A DNA stretch of 61,757 bases, counting the filler. It is 7 parts of 7 records of this genome, joined end to end, with 100 filler letters (N's around TTAATTAATTAA, not from the genome) between each part and the next. Parts side by side here need not be neighbours in the genome. Positions count along the whole stretch, not along the records: positions 38,800 to 44,967 come from SRR31156797_4690; positions 45,068 to 52,672 come from SRR31156797_4692; positions 52,773 to 61,757 come from SRR31156797_4693; 4 more parts are not named here. One strand, 5' to 3'. Of the stretch, positions 42,801-52,918 are shown in pieces; the first letter of the stretch is position 1; each line of letters begins with the position of its first letter. The notes beneath the pieces were generated by a model, which saw only the letters and a program-made list of their open reading frames with translations, did not search any database and had not been told where the DNA came from. A program made the translations under genes and the position numbers.

Positions 42801-43898
42801 TCAGTTTGTCTTACTTTCTAAATATAAATAATCGTAATGTATTACCGGTTTTTGTTTTTCCGAATTTTTTTCTTCCTCTAATTTTTCTGAACTGTATGAC
42901 GCTTTTCCAATACCAATTATATTGCCCTCTTCGTCGAGTATCTTTATCAGGTCGCCTTTTTTAAATTCACGTTCTACCTTCACAATACCTATGGGTAGAA
43001 GGCTAACGGCTTTTTCCGAGTTTAATGCTTTTGTAGCTCCGGTGTTGATAACAACCTGACCTTTTGTAAATCCATCGGAGTAGCCTATCCATTTTTTTAC
43101 GCCACTTGATGTTTTTTTGTTTGGTACAAAAAAGGTATGCGGTACACTTTTTTTACGATCCAGCAGGTCAATTAATACATTTTCGCGTGTCCCGTTGGCA
43201 ACGTGTACGCCAATCCCATCGTGGGCTACTTTTTTTGCAATCCTGAATTTGGTGTGCATTCCACCCCGGCCAAAACCGGATTGTTTGGAAGAAATGGCAT
43301 TTTCATGCTTTCCTTCAAATGTGTCAATACGCTCTATAAGTTCTGCTCCTTCACTGTCGGGGTGTGCAGTGTACACTCCATCAATATTACTGAGAATAAT
43401 CAATGCTTCTGAGTCTACCATCGATGCAATCAATCCGGAAAGTTCGTCGTTATCAGTAAACATCAGTTCGGTAACCGAAATGGTGTCGTTTTCGTTAACA
43501 ATTGGTATTACCTTATTCTCGAGCATCGTAGTTATGCAGTTTCTCATGTTAAGGTAATGACTCCTGCTTGAAAAATTCTCTTTAGTGGTAAGAACCTGTG
43601 CGCAGGTAAGTCCGTCTTCGTGGAAAAAATCGGAATAGCGCGAAATAAGTTTTACCTGTCCTAAAGCCGACCAAAGTTGGCGTTGCGAAACCGCATCAAG
43701 TTTTTTTGCAGGTTTCATTACCCGTCTTCCTGCTGCAACGGCACCCGACGAAACCAACACAACCTCAACTCCTTTATTATGAAGGAAGGCTATTTGATCT
43801 ACCAGGTGAGCAATACGTGACACGTTTAATGTTCCATCAGCCTTTGCCAGAACATTGCTGCCTACTTTTACTGTTATTTTTTTATAACGACTATACAT
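42801..43898 (-). CDS. proB: Glutamate 5-kinase
   Basis: VKVGSNVL, VSSGAVAAG, PIVNEND, DNDELS, C-terminal PUA domain. Confidence 0.96.
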   Translation of the reverse strand: MYSRYKKITVKVGSNVLAKADGTLNVSRIAHLVDQIAFLHNKGVEVVLVSSGAVAAGRRVMKPAKKLDAVSQRQLWSALGQVKLISRYSDFFHEDGLTCAQVLTTKENFSSRSHYLNMRNCITTMLENKVIPIVNENDTISVTELMFTDNDELSGLIASMVDSEALIILSNIDGVYTAHPDSEGAELIERIDTFEGKHENAISSKQSGFGRGGMHTKFRIAKKVAHDGIGVHVANGTRENVLIDLLDRKKSVPHTFFVPNKKTSSGVKKWIGYSDGFTKGQVVINTGATKALNSEKAVSLLPIGIVKVEREFKKGDLIKILDEEGNIIGIGKASYSSEKLEEEKNSEKQKPVIHYDYLYLESKTN

Positions 43899-43928
43899 TT
43901 TATCCCCAGATCATCAAGAGCAGATTGA

Positions 43929-44747
43929 TTATTCTGTTGGTTTTATTTTTTTATACGACGACAAAACACCCTGGATAAGAGAAGAACTAAATCCTTTATG
44001 CTCCATCTCATTTAATCCGGTAATTGTTACACCCATGGGTGTGGTTACTTTATCAATTTCGCGTTCGGGATGATTGCCCGATTGAAGAATGAGCTCAGTT
44101 GCTCCCTTAACAGTTTGTGCTGTAATTAGTTGTGCCATCTCTGCGCTGAATCCTATTTCAATTCCTCCCTGCATTGCTGCACGAATATAGCGTAGAGCAT
44201 AGGCAATACCACAGGATGAGAGCACTGTGGCAGCAGCCATCAATTCTTCCGGTATTTCAATGGTTTTGCCTAGTTTGTCGAATAATTCTATTACATAATT
44301 TTTGTAGCTATCGGTATTGCCGTTAACAGAAATGCAAGTAAGCGACTCTTGTAGTGCAATTGCAGTATTGGGCATTACCCTGAAAATAGGAATGTCGTTT
44401 CCTGCCATTTCTCCAAGTTCTACAATGCCAACTCCTGCTACAATGGAAATAAAAATCTTTTCCGGCGACAAAACAGGTTTTAATTCTTTAATAACACCTT
44501 CAATGTGATACGGTTTTACTGCTACGATGATCACATCAGCCTCTTGCGATGCTTCAATATTATCCTGAAATGTATTTACGCCCAGGTCTTGCATTTTTTT
44601 GAGCGTTTTTTCCTTTCTGTCTGAAACGTAAATATCGGAAGCCTGAACCGAACCGGATTTTATTAATCCAACGGCAATGGCACCTCCCATGTTCCCAACT
44701 CCGATAATTGCTATTTTTTTACTTTCCATATCTTTTATTTTTGCCAA
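43929..44747 (-). CDS. proC: Pyrroline-5-carboxylate reductase
   Basis: IGVGNMG, AVKP, RVMPNT, VTTPMGVT; true start may be the second Met. Confidence 0.95.
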   Translation of the reverse strand: MAKIKDMESKKIAIIGVGNMGGAIAVGLIKSGSVQASDIYVSDRKEKTLKKMQDLGVNTFQDNIEASQEADVIIVAVKPYHIEGVIKELKPVLSPEKIFISIVAGVGIVELGEMAGNDIPIFRVMPNTAIALQESLTCISVNGNTDSYKNYVIELFDKLGKTIEIPEELMAAATVLSSCGIAYALRYIRAAMQGGIEIGFSAEMAQLITAQTVKGATELILQSGNHPEREIDKVTTPMGVTITGLNEMEHKGFSSSLIQGVLSSYKKIKPTE

Positions 44748-44770
44748 AAGCAGTGAAAATCCGAAGTTCC

Positions 44771-44967
44771 TTATTTTTCTGCTAATACAGACGAAAAAGC
44801 CTTTAAAAAATCATCGGCCTGATTAATACTTAAACTTAGTGGTGGCAGAAGCCTGATGATATTTTGCCCCGATACTCCCGTGAAAATACCATGTTCGAAC
44901 AGAAGTTTCCGGCGAATTTCTTTAATGGATTGTTTGAATTCCAGACCAATCATCAGACCTTTTCCCC
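44771..44967 (-). CDS. argD: Class III aminotransferase (acetylornithine aminotransferase) C-terminal fragment
   Basis: GKGLMIGLE...IIRLLPPL motif; arg/pro context; truncated. Confidence 0.75.
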
Positions 44968-45067
44968 NNNNNNNNNNNNNNNNNNNNNNNNNNNNNNNNN
45001 NNNNNNNNNNNTTAATTAATTAANNNNNNNNNNNNNNNNNNNNNNNNNNNNNNNNNNNNNNNNNNNN
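44968..45067. other. Artificial contig spacer
   Basis: N run with TTAATTAATTAA. Confidence 0.97.
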
Positions 45068-45673
45068 TAATGGTTTATCCATTTTTTGTCTAATTTGGTT
45101 GATCGCAACCTCAATAACGTTTGGTGTTACAAGTTCTGGTTCTTCCCAGATTGCATCAAGTAATTGTTCTTTAGATACGATTTGATCTCTGTGTCGTGCT
45201 AAGTGAGTAAGTACTTCAAAAGGTTTCCCTTTAAGTTCAATCTCTGCGCCTTCATAGATGATCTTTTCTTCATCTGGATTGATTGCTAGATCTTCGATCT
45301 TGATGATGTTTGTTCCACCAAATCTTAATCTACATTCAATTCTTGCTAGTAATACATCAAAATCAAAAGGTTTTTTAATATAATCATCAGCTCCTGTTTT
45401 AAGTGCTTTGATCTCACTATCTTTATCATCTCTAGCACTTACAACAACAACTGCTGTTCTTCCACTTCTGTTTTTAACAATCTTTGTTAATTCTAATCCA
45501 TCACCATCAGGAAGCATCCAGTCTGTTAAAACTAAATCATAATTTCTAATTTCAATAAAATATTCAGCATCTTTGAAGTTTTCAGCAATATCAACTTGAT
45601 ATCCAAAATCTTGAAGTCCTTCTTGTAGTGTTCTGTTTAATGTGCTCTCATCTTCTACGATTAAAATTCTCAT
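45068..45673 (-). CDS. hsrA: OmpR-family homeostatic response regulator (3' truncated)
   Basis: Receiver (IVEDE, LTDWMLPD) plus the characteristic LKGKPFEVLTHLARHRDQIVSKEQLLDAIWEEPELVTPNVIEVAINQIRQKMDKPL. Confidence 0.88.
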
Positions 45674-45882
45674 TATCTTCTTAGTCCTTTGGTCGTGTAG
45701 TTATATTAGTTAGCTTAAAGTTAAGTTAACTCTTATTTTTGAGGATGGGATTATATCATAAAAAAAAATAAAAATAAAGGGAACTTTCAGGAAAATTGAA
45801 AATTTCGTTTTTTTTATTAACTTTCAATTAATTATCTTTGGATAAAATTGAGCCTAAATTCATTATATAAGGATATGAAAGA

Positions 45883-46701
45883 ATGTGTTATACAAGTAAA
45901 ATAGTTGCATTAATGAGTACCGTTGTAATAGCTGGTTCTACGCTCATGGCAAATGATAAAGTATATGCAACGGTAAATGGAGAAAATATTACAGATAAAG
46001 ATATCTCTATGGTTTTAAAAGATCCAAGAGTAAAATTTGAAACTTTACAAGATGCACAAAAAAAGCAGCTGCTAGATAGTTTGGTTGAGCAAAAGCTATT
46101 AGCAAATGAAGCATATAATAGTGATATTGTAAAAACAGCTGAATATAAAGAAGAGTTAGAAAAAGCGAAGAAGAACCTTGCTTTTCAAATATGGTTAAGA
46201 GATTTTTCAAAAACAATCAAATCAACAGACAAAGAGCTTAAAAAGTTTTATGACAACAATATATATAGATTAAAAGAGCCAGAGCAATTTAAAGCGAGTC
46301 ATATTTTAGTAAAAAGTGAAGATGATGCGAAAAAGATCATTAGTGATCTTCAAAAGGCTAAAAATCTAAAAGAGGAGTTTACAAAGCAAGCAAAAGAAAA
46401 GTCAATAGGTCCTTCAGGTACAAATGGTGGTGAGCTTGGTTGGTTCACAAGTGATAAGATGGTTCCAGAGTTTAGTAATGCAGCAAGTGAGTTAAAAAAA
46501 GGAACAATCACTTCAAAACCTGTAAAAACAAACTATGGATATCATGTAATCTATTTAGATGATAAAAAAGAAGCATCAACAATCCCTTTTGAAAAGATCA
46601 AAGATCAGTTAGAAAAAGAGTATTTACAAACGAAGTTTGCAAAAGAAGTTAGAGAAAAAGCAGAAGCTTTAAAGAAAAAAGCAAAAATCACATATAAATA
46701 A
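45883..46701 (+). CDS. Periplasmic parvulin PPIase (PEB4/Cbf2-like)
   Basis: Signal peptide, ATVNG, ASHILVK, GGELGWF, MVPEFS, YGYHVI; precedes fbaA. Confidence 0.88.
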   Translation: MCYTSKIVALMSTVVIAGSTLMANDKVYATVNGENITDKDISMVLKDPRVKFETLQDAQKKQLLDSLVEQKLLANEAYNSDIVKTAEYKEELEKAKKNLAFQIWLRDFSKTIKSTDKELKKFYDNNIYRLKEPEQFKASHILVKSEDDAKKIISDLQKAKNLKEEFTKQAKEKSIGPSGTNGGELGWFTSDKMVPEFSNAASELKKGTITSKPVKTNYGYHVIYLDDKKEASTIPFEKIKDQLEKEYLQTKFAKEVREKAEALKKKAKITYK

Positions 46702-46711
46702 GGAAAAGAAT

Positions 46712-47779
46712 ATGTCTGTATTGAGTCTTGTTAAACCAGGTGTTTTAAGTGGTAGTGAAGCAAAAAAACTATTTGATTATGCAAAAGAGACGGGATTTGC
46801 AATCCCAGCAGTAAATGTAGTAAACACAGAATCGATCAATGGAGTACTAGAAGCAGCAGCAACAGTAAAATCTCCAGTAATCGTACAATTTAGTAATGGT
46901 GGAGCTACCTTTTATGCAGGAAAAGGGTGTCCTGTTGATAACCCAGCAGTTTTAGGAGCAATTAGTGGAGCAAAACATGTGCATATGATGGCTGAAGCAT
47001 ATGGGGTACCTGTGATTTTACATACAGACCATGCAGCAAAAAAACTTCTTCCTTGGATAGATGGACTTTTAGAAGCAAGTAAAGAGAACTTTGAAAAGAC
47101 TGGGCGACCACTTTTTACATCTCATATGTTAGATCTTAGTGAAGAACCAATCGAAGAAAATCTTGATATAAGTACTGAATATTTAGCAAAAATGAGTGAT
47201 CTTGATATGCTTTTAGAGATCGAGCTTGGAATCACTGGTGGAGAAGAGGATGGAGTAGATAACTCTGATGTGGACAATGCACTTTTATACACTCAACCTG
47301 AAGAGGTAAGTTATGCATATGAGAGATTAAATAGCGTAAGTCCAAACTTCACTATTGCTGCATCTTTTGGAAATGTACATGGTGTATATAAACCAGGAAA
47401 TGTAGTACTTACTCCAAAGATATTAGACAATTCTCAAAAATATATTGAAGAGAAACATTCACTTCCTTCAAAACCAGTAAACTTTGTATTTCATGGTGGA
47501 AGTGGATCATCTTTAGAAGAGATCAGAGAAGCTATTGGGTATGGTGTAATTAAGATGAATATTGATACTGATACACAATGGGCTTTTTGGGATGGTATCA
47601 AAGAGTTTGAAGCAAAAAATCATGATTATCTTCAAGGACAGATTGGAAACCCAGAGGGGGAAGATAAACCAAATAAGAAATTCTATGATCCAAGAGTTTG
47701 GCTAAGAGAGGGTCAAAAGTCTATGGTAAAAAGATTAGAGAAAGCATTTAATGATCTAAACTGTATCAATACATTATAA
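46712..47779 (+). CDS. fbaA: Class II fructose-bisphosphate aldolase
   Basis: HTDH, SHMLDLS, GNVHGVY, VFHGGSG, KMNIDTD. Confidence 0.97.
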   Translation: MSVLSLVKPGVLSGSEAKKLFDYAKETGFAIPAVNVVNTESINGVLEAAATVKSPVIVQFSNGGATFYAGKGCPVDNPAVLGAISGAKHVHMMAEAYGVPVILHTDHAAKKLLPWIDGLLEASKENFEKTGRPLFTSHMLDLSEEPIEENLDISTEYLAKMSDLDMLLEIELGITGGEEDGVDNSDVDNALLYTQPEEVSYAYERLNSVSPNFTIAASFGNVHGVYKPGNVVLTPKILDNSQKYIEEKHSLPSKPVNFVFHGGSGSSLEEIREAIGYGVIKMNIDTDTQWAFWDGIKEFEAKNHDYLQGQIGNPEGEDKPNKKFYDPRVWLREGQKSMVKRLEKAFNDLNCINTL

Positions 47780-47800
47780 AATAGTATATTTTATTAAGAT

Positions 47801-47830
47801 AAAAAGGAAGCTCTAGGGCTTCCTTTTTTT
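47801..47830 (+). terminator. Intrinsic (possibly bidirectional) terminator after fbaA
   Basis: AAAAAGGAAGC-TCTAGG-GCTTCCTTTTT followed by more Ts. Confidence 0.85.
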
Positions 47831-47997
47831 AATGAATCACCTGTAAATACTTCCTTGACCTTATTCATAACAGTAAATAATATCAAAAACTGTTACTTTT
47901 TAATATTTACATTTTAAATATCTTTAAATAATATCGAAAAAAAGTAGTACTAAAGTCTTATATTTATAAAATTAATTATTATCTTTAAAGGCTTAAT

Positions 47998-49428
47998 ATG
48001 AATCAATATATTTTAAATACATTATCACAAATGGATAATTTAACATTTTTTGCTTTAGATACTAACTATAAGTATATAGGTTTTTCATCTGAGCATAAAT
48101 TAGTTATGAAAAATATTTGGAATACTGATATCGAAACGGGAATATCTATGCTTACATATATATCTAATAAAACAGATAGGCAAAAAGCAAAAGAGAACTT
48201 TGATAGGGCATTATTAGGGGAAGAATTTATTATCGATGAAGATTATGGAGATAATAGTTATTTTAGAACATTTTGGAGAAATAGTTATCGTCCTATTATA
48301 GATAGTGATAATAATATTGTAGGAGTGCTTGTTTTGGTTACTGAATTAACTGAACAAATAAAAATACAAAATAGATTTAATGAGTTAGAGATATTTGAAA
48401 ATATTATTAACCTTGTCAATGTGGGAGTGACATTAGCTGACCCAAATCAAAAAGATATGCCTTTAGTGTTTGTTAATGATGGATTTACTAAAATGACTGG
48501 CTATTCAAAGGGTGATGTTCTTGGTAAAAATTGTAGGTTTTTAAGGGGTAAAAGCAGATATCAAGAAAATTTAAAAATTGTTAGGGATAGTATCAAAAAT
48601 AAAAAATCATGTGAAGTTGAACTTATCAATTTTAAAAAAGATGGTTCAAAGTTTATTAATCTACTCAATTTATCACCTATTTGTGATAAAAACAATAATT
48701 TAATCTATTATGCAGGTATACAGTTAGATATAACAGATCGAGTAGAAAAAGATAAATTAATCGCTTTAAAAGATATAGCATCAGGATTAACCCATGAGAT
48801 AAATACTGCATTAGTAGCTTTAAAGGGAAATCTTGAAATGTTATCATATGATGTGGCAGAGATAGAGGATTCAAATTTAAAAGATTATATGAATGATTCT
48901 ATTTTAAAAATACGTGAAAGTAAACAAACAATCACAAAAATTGTGAAATCACTTCATTATTTAAATGCTTCTTCTATTAATACAACAGAGAAATTTAATC
49001 TTTTTGAATCATTAAAATATGCAGTAAGTTTATTGGAAGAAAAAGTACAATCAAAAGAGGTTCATATTATTTTTCAAAATATTGATCAAGAAAAAGAGAT
49101 TATTGCTGAAAAAGAATCTATTATACATTTATGGACAATCCTTATAGAAAATGCAATTGATGCAGTTTGTGAAGTTGATCGTAAAAAAGAGATCATAATC
49201 ACAATAAATAAACAGCAACAAGATACTGTAGTCTCAATAGAAGATAATGGTGCAGGAATAGAACCTAGCATTTTAAATGACATTTTTAAACCTCTTACCA
49301 AAGGAAAAGAGTATAGAGGAGTAGGAATAGGGTTAAGTACAACAAAAGTTATAGTTGATACTCATGGATGGGAAATAGATTTTAAAACAAGCAAGAGTGG
49401 TACGATATTTTATGTAACTTTAAAATAA
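47998..49428 (+). CDS. PAS-LOV histidine kinase
   Basis: N-terminal PAS; LOV GKNCRFLRG...NFKKDG...GIQ; H-box THEINT, N-box ENAIDA, DNGAGI, GIGL. Confidence 0.88.
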   Translation: MNQYILNTLSQMDNLTFFALDTNYKYIGFSSEHKLVMKNIWNTDIETGISMLTYISNKTDRQKAKENFDRALLGEEFIIDEDYGDNSYFRTFWRNSYRPIIDSDNNIVGVLVLVTELTEQIKIQNRFNELEIFENIINLVNVGVTLADPNQKDMPLVFVNDGFTKMTGYSKGDVLGKNCRFLRGKSRYQENLKIVRDSIKNKKSCEVELINFKKDGSKFINLLNLSPICDKNNNLIYYAGIQLDITDRVEKDKLIALKDIASGLTHEINTALVALKGNLEMLSYDVAEIEDSNLKDYMNDSILKIRESKQTITKIVKSLHYLNASSINTTEKFNLFESLKYAVSLLEEKVQSKEVHIIFQNIDQEKEIIAEKESIIHLWTILIENAIDAVCEVDRKKEIIITINKQQQDTVVSIEDNGAGIEPSILNDIFKPLTKGKEYRGVGIGLSTTKVIVDTHGWEIDFKTSKSGTIFYVTLK

Positions 49429-49697
49429 CTGACAAAATTTTATTAAATAAAAGATTATTTTATAAATTGAATAAGATGACAAATTTACACTATGAATGAT
49501 TGGAAAAATGGAATAAAATAAAATCATATATACTCAAAAGGGATATTATGAAATCTGCACTACTTAGAGATAAAAGTTTTTTAGGAACTAGAAATTCTTA
49601 TATTATTACCACTACATGTATAATAAGTTTTTTATTGATTTTATATTATTATAAGATTTAATATTTATTAAATATTTACAAAAGTGAGAAAAATATA

Positions 49698-51344
49698 GTG
49701 AAAGATAAAGATTTTAAACAAAAGTTTCAAAAACAGATCTTTAATATTTTAGAACAGCTTTCTCATGGTATAGTGATCACTGACGCTTCTAGTGACAATC
49801 TCATTTTATATGTAAATAAAGCTTTTAGTGACATTTTTGGATACTCCTCTTGTGAATGTATTGGTCAAAATTGTAGATTTTTGCAACAAGATGATAGGGA
49901 TCAAGAAAATCTTCACTCAGTACGTACTGCAATACAAAATAAAACACCTATTCAAACTGTTTTAAGAAACTACACAAAAGATGGAAAGCTCGTTTACAAT
50001 GACGTAAAAATCACACCAATTTTTAGTGCTGATACAAATGAAGTGGAATATTTTATAGGGATACAAAAAGATCTCTCCGATAGACATTTAATAAAAAGTA
50101 GTATTTTAGAAAAAACGAAAGAAAATTTTTCTTCAAAAGATTATGAAGTGTTATTACAAGAGCTTAGTATCTATCAAACGGAGATCTTGGCTCAAAATGA
50201 TGAACTTATTATCAGAGATAGAAGACTAGAGACTTTAAATCAAGAGTTTTCTTCCCTTTTTCAAGATGCTCCTATTGCCTATTTAGTAATAGATAAGAAT
50301 CTAGAGATTAAAAGATACAACAAAGTTGCGGATGAGTATTTTCATTTTTCAAGTTTTAAAACTCTTAAAACACTTTTTCCTATCATAAAAGAGCAAAATT
50401 TAGAAAAACTAATTGCATGGCTATCAACAAGTGAATATAAAAAAAGTAACTTAGAGATAGATATTTTATGTGAAAATAAAAAAATATCGAATAGATTTGA
50501 GCTTCATGCAAAAAATTATGTGATCGATCCAGAGTTTTTATTGATCTCATTAAATAATATTCAAGAGTCCTATGAGATCAAAACAATGTTGGAGAAAAAA
50601 GTTGAGGAGGAGCTCGCTAAAATCATAGAACAAGAAAAGTTTATCCTCAATCAAGCAAAATTTGCATCAATGGGTGAAATGATCGATGCTATTGCTCATC
50701 AATGGCTAAATCCACTTTCAAGTATAAAACTTTTTACACAAGTAAATAAGATGGAATTAAAGGATTTAAAAAAAGAAAAAAAGAACTTTGTATCAATGAT
50801 CTCACGACTAGAAAAAACTGAAGAGCATATTAACCATCTTGTAGATACTTTACAAGAGTTTCGTTCATTTTTTAGACCAGATGAAAGCTTTGAAGAGGTG
50901 TATATCAGTGATATTGTAGAGTCATGCTTAACTTTAATGAAAGATGAACTTATTAAAGCCACCATTGAAATAGATATTCAACAAGATGAAAACTTTAAAA
51001 TAAAAGTGATAAAAAACCAGTTTAAACATGTTTTTATAAATCTTCTTTCTAATAGTAAAGATGCATTTGAAGAGAATAGTATCAAAAAAAGAAAGGTCTC
51101 ATTTAGGTATTACAGTGATGAAAAATATTATATTGTTGAATATCAAGATAATGCAGGTGGAATACCTCAAAATGTAATTGAAAATATTTTTGAAGCAAAT
51201 TTTACAACAAAAGAAAAAGGTACTGGGATAGGATTATATTTATCGAAACAGATATTAGATAAATTTAATATCTCTATGGATGTAAAGAGTGAAAATAGTT
51301 TCTCTTATTTTACTATCAAGTATGCGAAAACACTTAATATTTAA
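49698..51344 (+). CDS. LOV-PAS histidine kinase
   Basis: GQNCRFLQ...NYTKDG...GIQ; H-box AHQWLNPL, NSKDA, DNAGGI, GTGIGL; GTG start. Confidence 0.9.
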   Translation: MKDKDFKQKFQKQIFNILEQLSHGIVITDASSDNLILYVNKAFSDIFGYSSCECIGQNCRFLQQDDRDQENLHSVRTAIQNKTPIQTVLRNYTKDGKLVYNDVKITPIFSADTNEVEYFIGIQKDLSDRHLIKSSILEKTKENFSSKDYEVLLQELSIYQTEILAQNDELIIRDRRLETLNQEFSSLFQDAPIAYLVIDKNLEIKRYNKVADEYFHFSSFKTLKTLFPIIKEQNLEKLIAWLSTSEYKKSNLEIDILCENKKISNRFELHAKNYVIDPEFLLISLNNIQESYEIKTMLEKKVEEELAKIIEQEKFILNQAKFASMGEMIDAIAHQWLNPLSSIKLFTQVNKMELKDLKKEKKNFVSMISRLEKTEEHINHLVDTLQEFRSFFRPDESFEEVYISDIVESCLTLMKDELIKATIEIDIQQDENFKIKVIKNQFKHVFINLLSNSKDAFEENSIKKRKVSFRYYSDEKYYIVEYQDNAGGIPQNVIENIFEANFTTKEKGTGIGLYLSKQILDKFNISMDVKSENSFSYFTIKYAKTLNI

Positions 51345-51382
51345 TTAGAGAAATATAAAAATTATAATATAGGAGCCCGTAT

Positions 51383-52651
51383 TTGAATTCCAAAAGAAGA
51401 TACGAACAAAATAAGCAAGAGCTTATAGAAATAATCAATGACGATACTTTAACAGCATCACAAAAGCTAGATAAATTAAACTTTTTAGAAGTGTTAAGTA
51501 ATCTAGAGGTTTATCAAACAGAACTAAGTGCACAAAATAAAGAGCTTATTGATAAAGAATACCAATTGATCGAAGCAAGAGATGAATTTCAAGAGCTTTT
51601 TAATTTTGCACCTATTGCTTATTTACAGCTTGATGAAAACTTTAAAATATTAAAATATAATACTTTTGCATATGAATTGCTAAATCAAAAGAGTATCTCT
51701 TTGAAAACAAAAGACCAGCTAAATGTTTATATTCATAGAGATGGTATGATGGAGTATATTGATTTTATTACTCAAACAAAAGAGTTACAAAAGCATGATG
51801 GAGTATTGAAGTTTATTAAAGATGATAATATATTATATGGTAGAGTAAATATAAATAGTTATAAAAAAGATGGTGTGGTTTATTATTTGTTATCAATAAT
51901 CAATATAACAAAAGAGATAGAACAAGAAGCAATAATATTAAATCAAGCAAAACAAGCTGCTATGGGTGAGATGCTGAGTATGATCACTCATCAATGGAAA
52001 CAACCTTTATCTATTCTTTCCTCTTTAAGTTCTGGTTTACAGTTACATCTTGATCTTAATCAGTACGATAAAGAGAGTTGTAATCATTTTGCAGAAGATA
52101 TGTTAGATCAAATAGAATATATGAGTGAAACAATTGATGACTTTAAAAACTTTTTTAGTAAAGAAAGAGCTAAATCAAAGATTTATATAAAAGAGTGCAT
52201 TGATAGGTCAATTAAATTTACGGTACCTGCTTTAAAAAAGCATATGATAGAGTTGAGTGTCGTTTATAAGGGTGATGACAACTATCTGATATTAGCTTAT
52301 AAGCATGATGTATGTCAAGTTTTGATGAATATTATTAATAATGCAAAAGATGAACTTATCAAAAAAGATATAGAAAGAAAAATAGAGCTTGAAATCTCTA
52401 CTGAAAATGATATGGTGATTTTAGCAGTTAAAAATAATGGTGGAATGATTTCTAATGAAATCATCAATAATATTTTCGAACAACATTTTACTACAAAAGC
52501 CGATAAAACTGGAAGTGGTTTGGGGCTTTATATCTCTAAGATGATTGTTGAAGAACATCTTGGAGGAAGTTTAAATGTTGAAAATATTCCAAGTGAAGAG
52601 AGTGTAGTATTTTCTTTAAAAATACCTTTTATTGTAGATAAGTTAGTCTAA
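51383..52651 (+). CDS. PAS histidine kinase
   Basis: H-box THQWKQPL, NNAKDE, NNGGMI, GSGLGL; TTG start after AGGAG. Confidence 0.88.
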   Translation: MNSKRRYEQNKQELIEIINDDTLTASQKLDKLNFLEVLSNLEVYQTELSAQNKELIDKEYQLIEARDEFQELFNFAPIAYLQLDENFKILKYNTFAYELLNQKSISLKTKDQLNVYIHRDGMMEYIDFITQTKELQKHDGVLKFIKDDNILYGRVNINSYKKDGVVYYLLSIINITKEIEQEAIILNQAKQAAMGEMLSMITHQWKQPLSILSSLSSGLQLHLDLNQYDKESCNHFAEDMLDQIEYMSETIDDFKNFFSKERAKSKIYIKECIDRSIKFTVPALKKHMIELSVVYKGDDNYLILAYKHDVCQVLMNIINNAKDELIKKDIERKIELEISTENDMVILAVKNNGGMISNEIINNIFEQHFTTKADKTGSGLGLYISKMIVEEHLGGSLNVENIPSEESVVFSLKIPFIVDKLV

Positions 52652-52672
52652 TCTATTAAAAACTCTTAATTA

Positions 52673-52772
52673 NNNNNNNNNNNNNNNNNNNNNNNNNNNN
52701 NNNNNNNNNNNNNNNNTTAATTAATTAANNNNNNNNNNNNNNNNNNNNNNNNNNNNNNNNNNNNNNNNNNNN
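52673..52772. other. Artificial contig spacer
   Basis: N run with TTAATTAATTAA. Confidence 0.97.
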
Positions 52773-52802
52773 CCGGGGGTTCGAATCCTCCCTGGCGCAC
52801 CA
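52773..52802 (+). tRNA. tRNA 3' end (T-arm, acceptor strand, CCA); likely attL, identity possibly Arg
   Basis: CCGGGGGTTCGAATCCTCCCTGGCGCACCA; anticodon not in the window. Confidence 0.85.
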
Positions 52803-52812
52803 CGAGAAAATC

Positions 52813-52850
52813 AAGGGATTCAAGCACAATACTTGAGTCCCTTTTCTTTT
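52813..52850 (+). terminator. Terminator after the tRNA
   Basis: AAGGGATTCAAG (52813-52824) / CTTGAGTCCCTT (52832-52843), then TTCTTTT. Confidence 0.75.
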
Positions 52851-52872
52851 TACTTTTGCGCAGACTTGCTTT

Positions 52873-52892
52873 TTTGCTCCAAATTTGCTCCA
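52873..52892 (+). repeat. Tandem direct repeat, candidate integrase arm-type sites
   Basis: TTTGCTCCA at 52873-52881 and 52884-52892, between att site and integrase start. Confidence 0.55.
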
Positions 52893-52918
52893 CTCATAGT
52901 AAGAAAGGAGCAACTACA

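Noticed and set aside
52725-52913. 62-aa minus-strand ORF
   Set aside because: Antisense reading of the tRNA end running into the N spacer.
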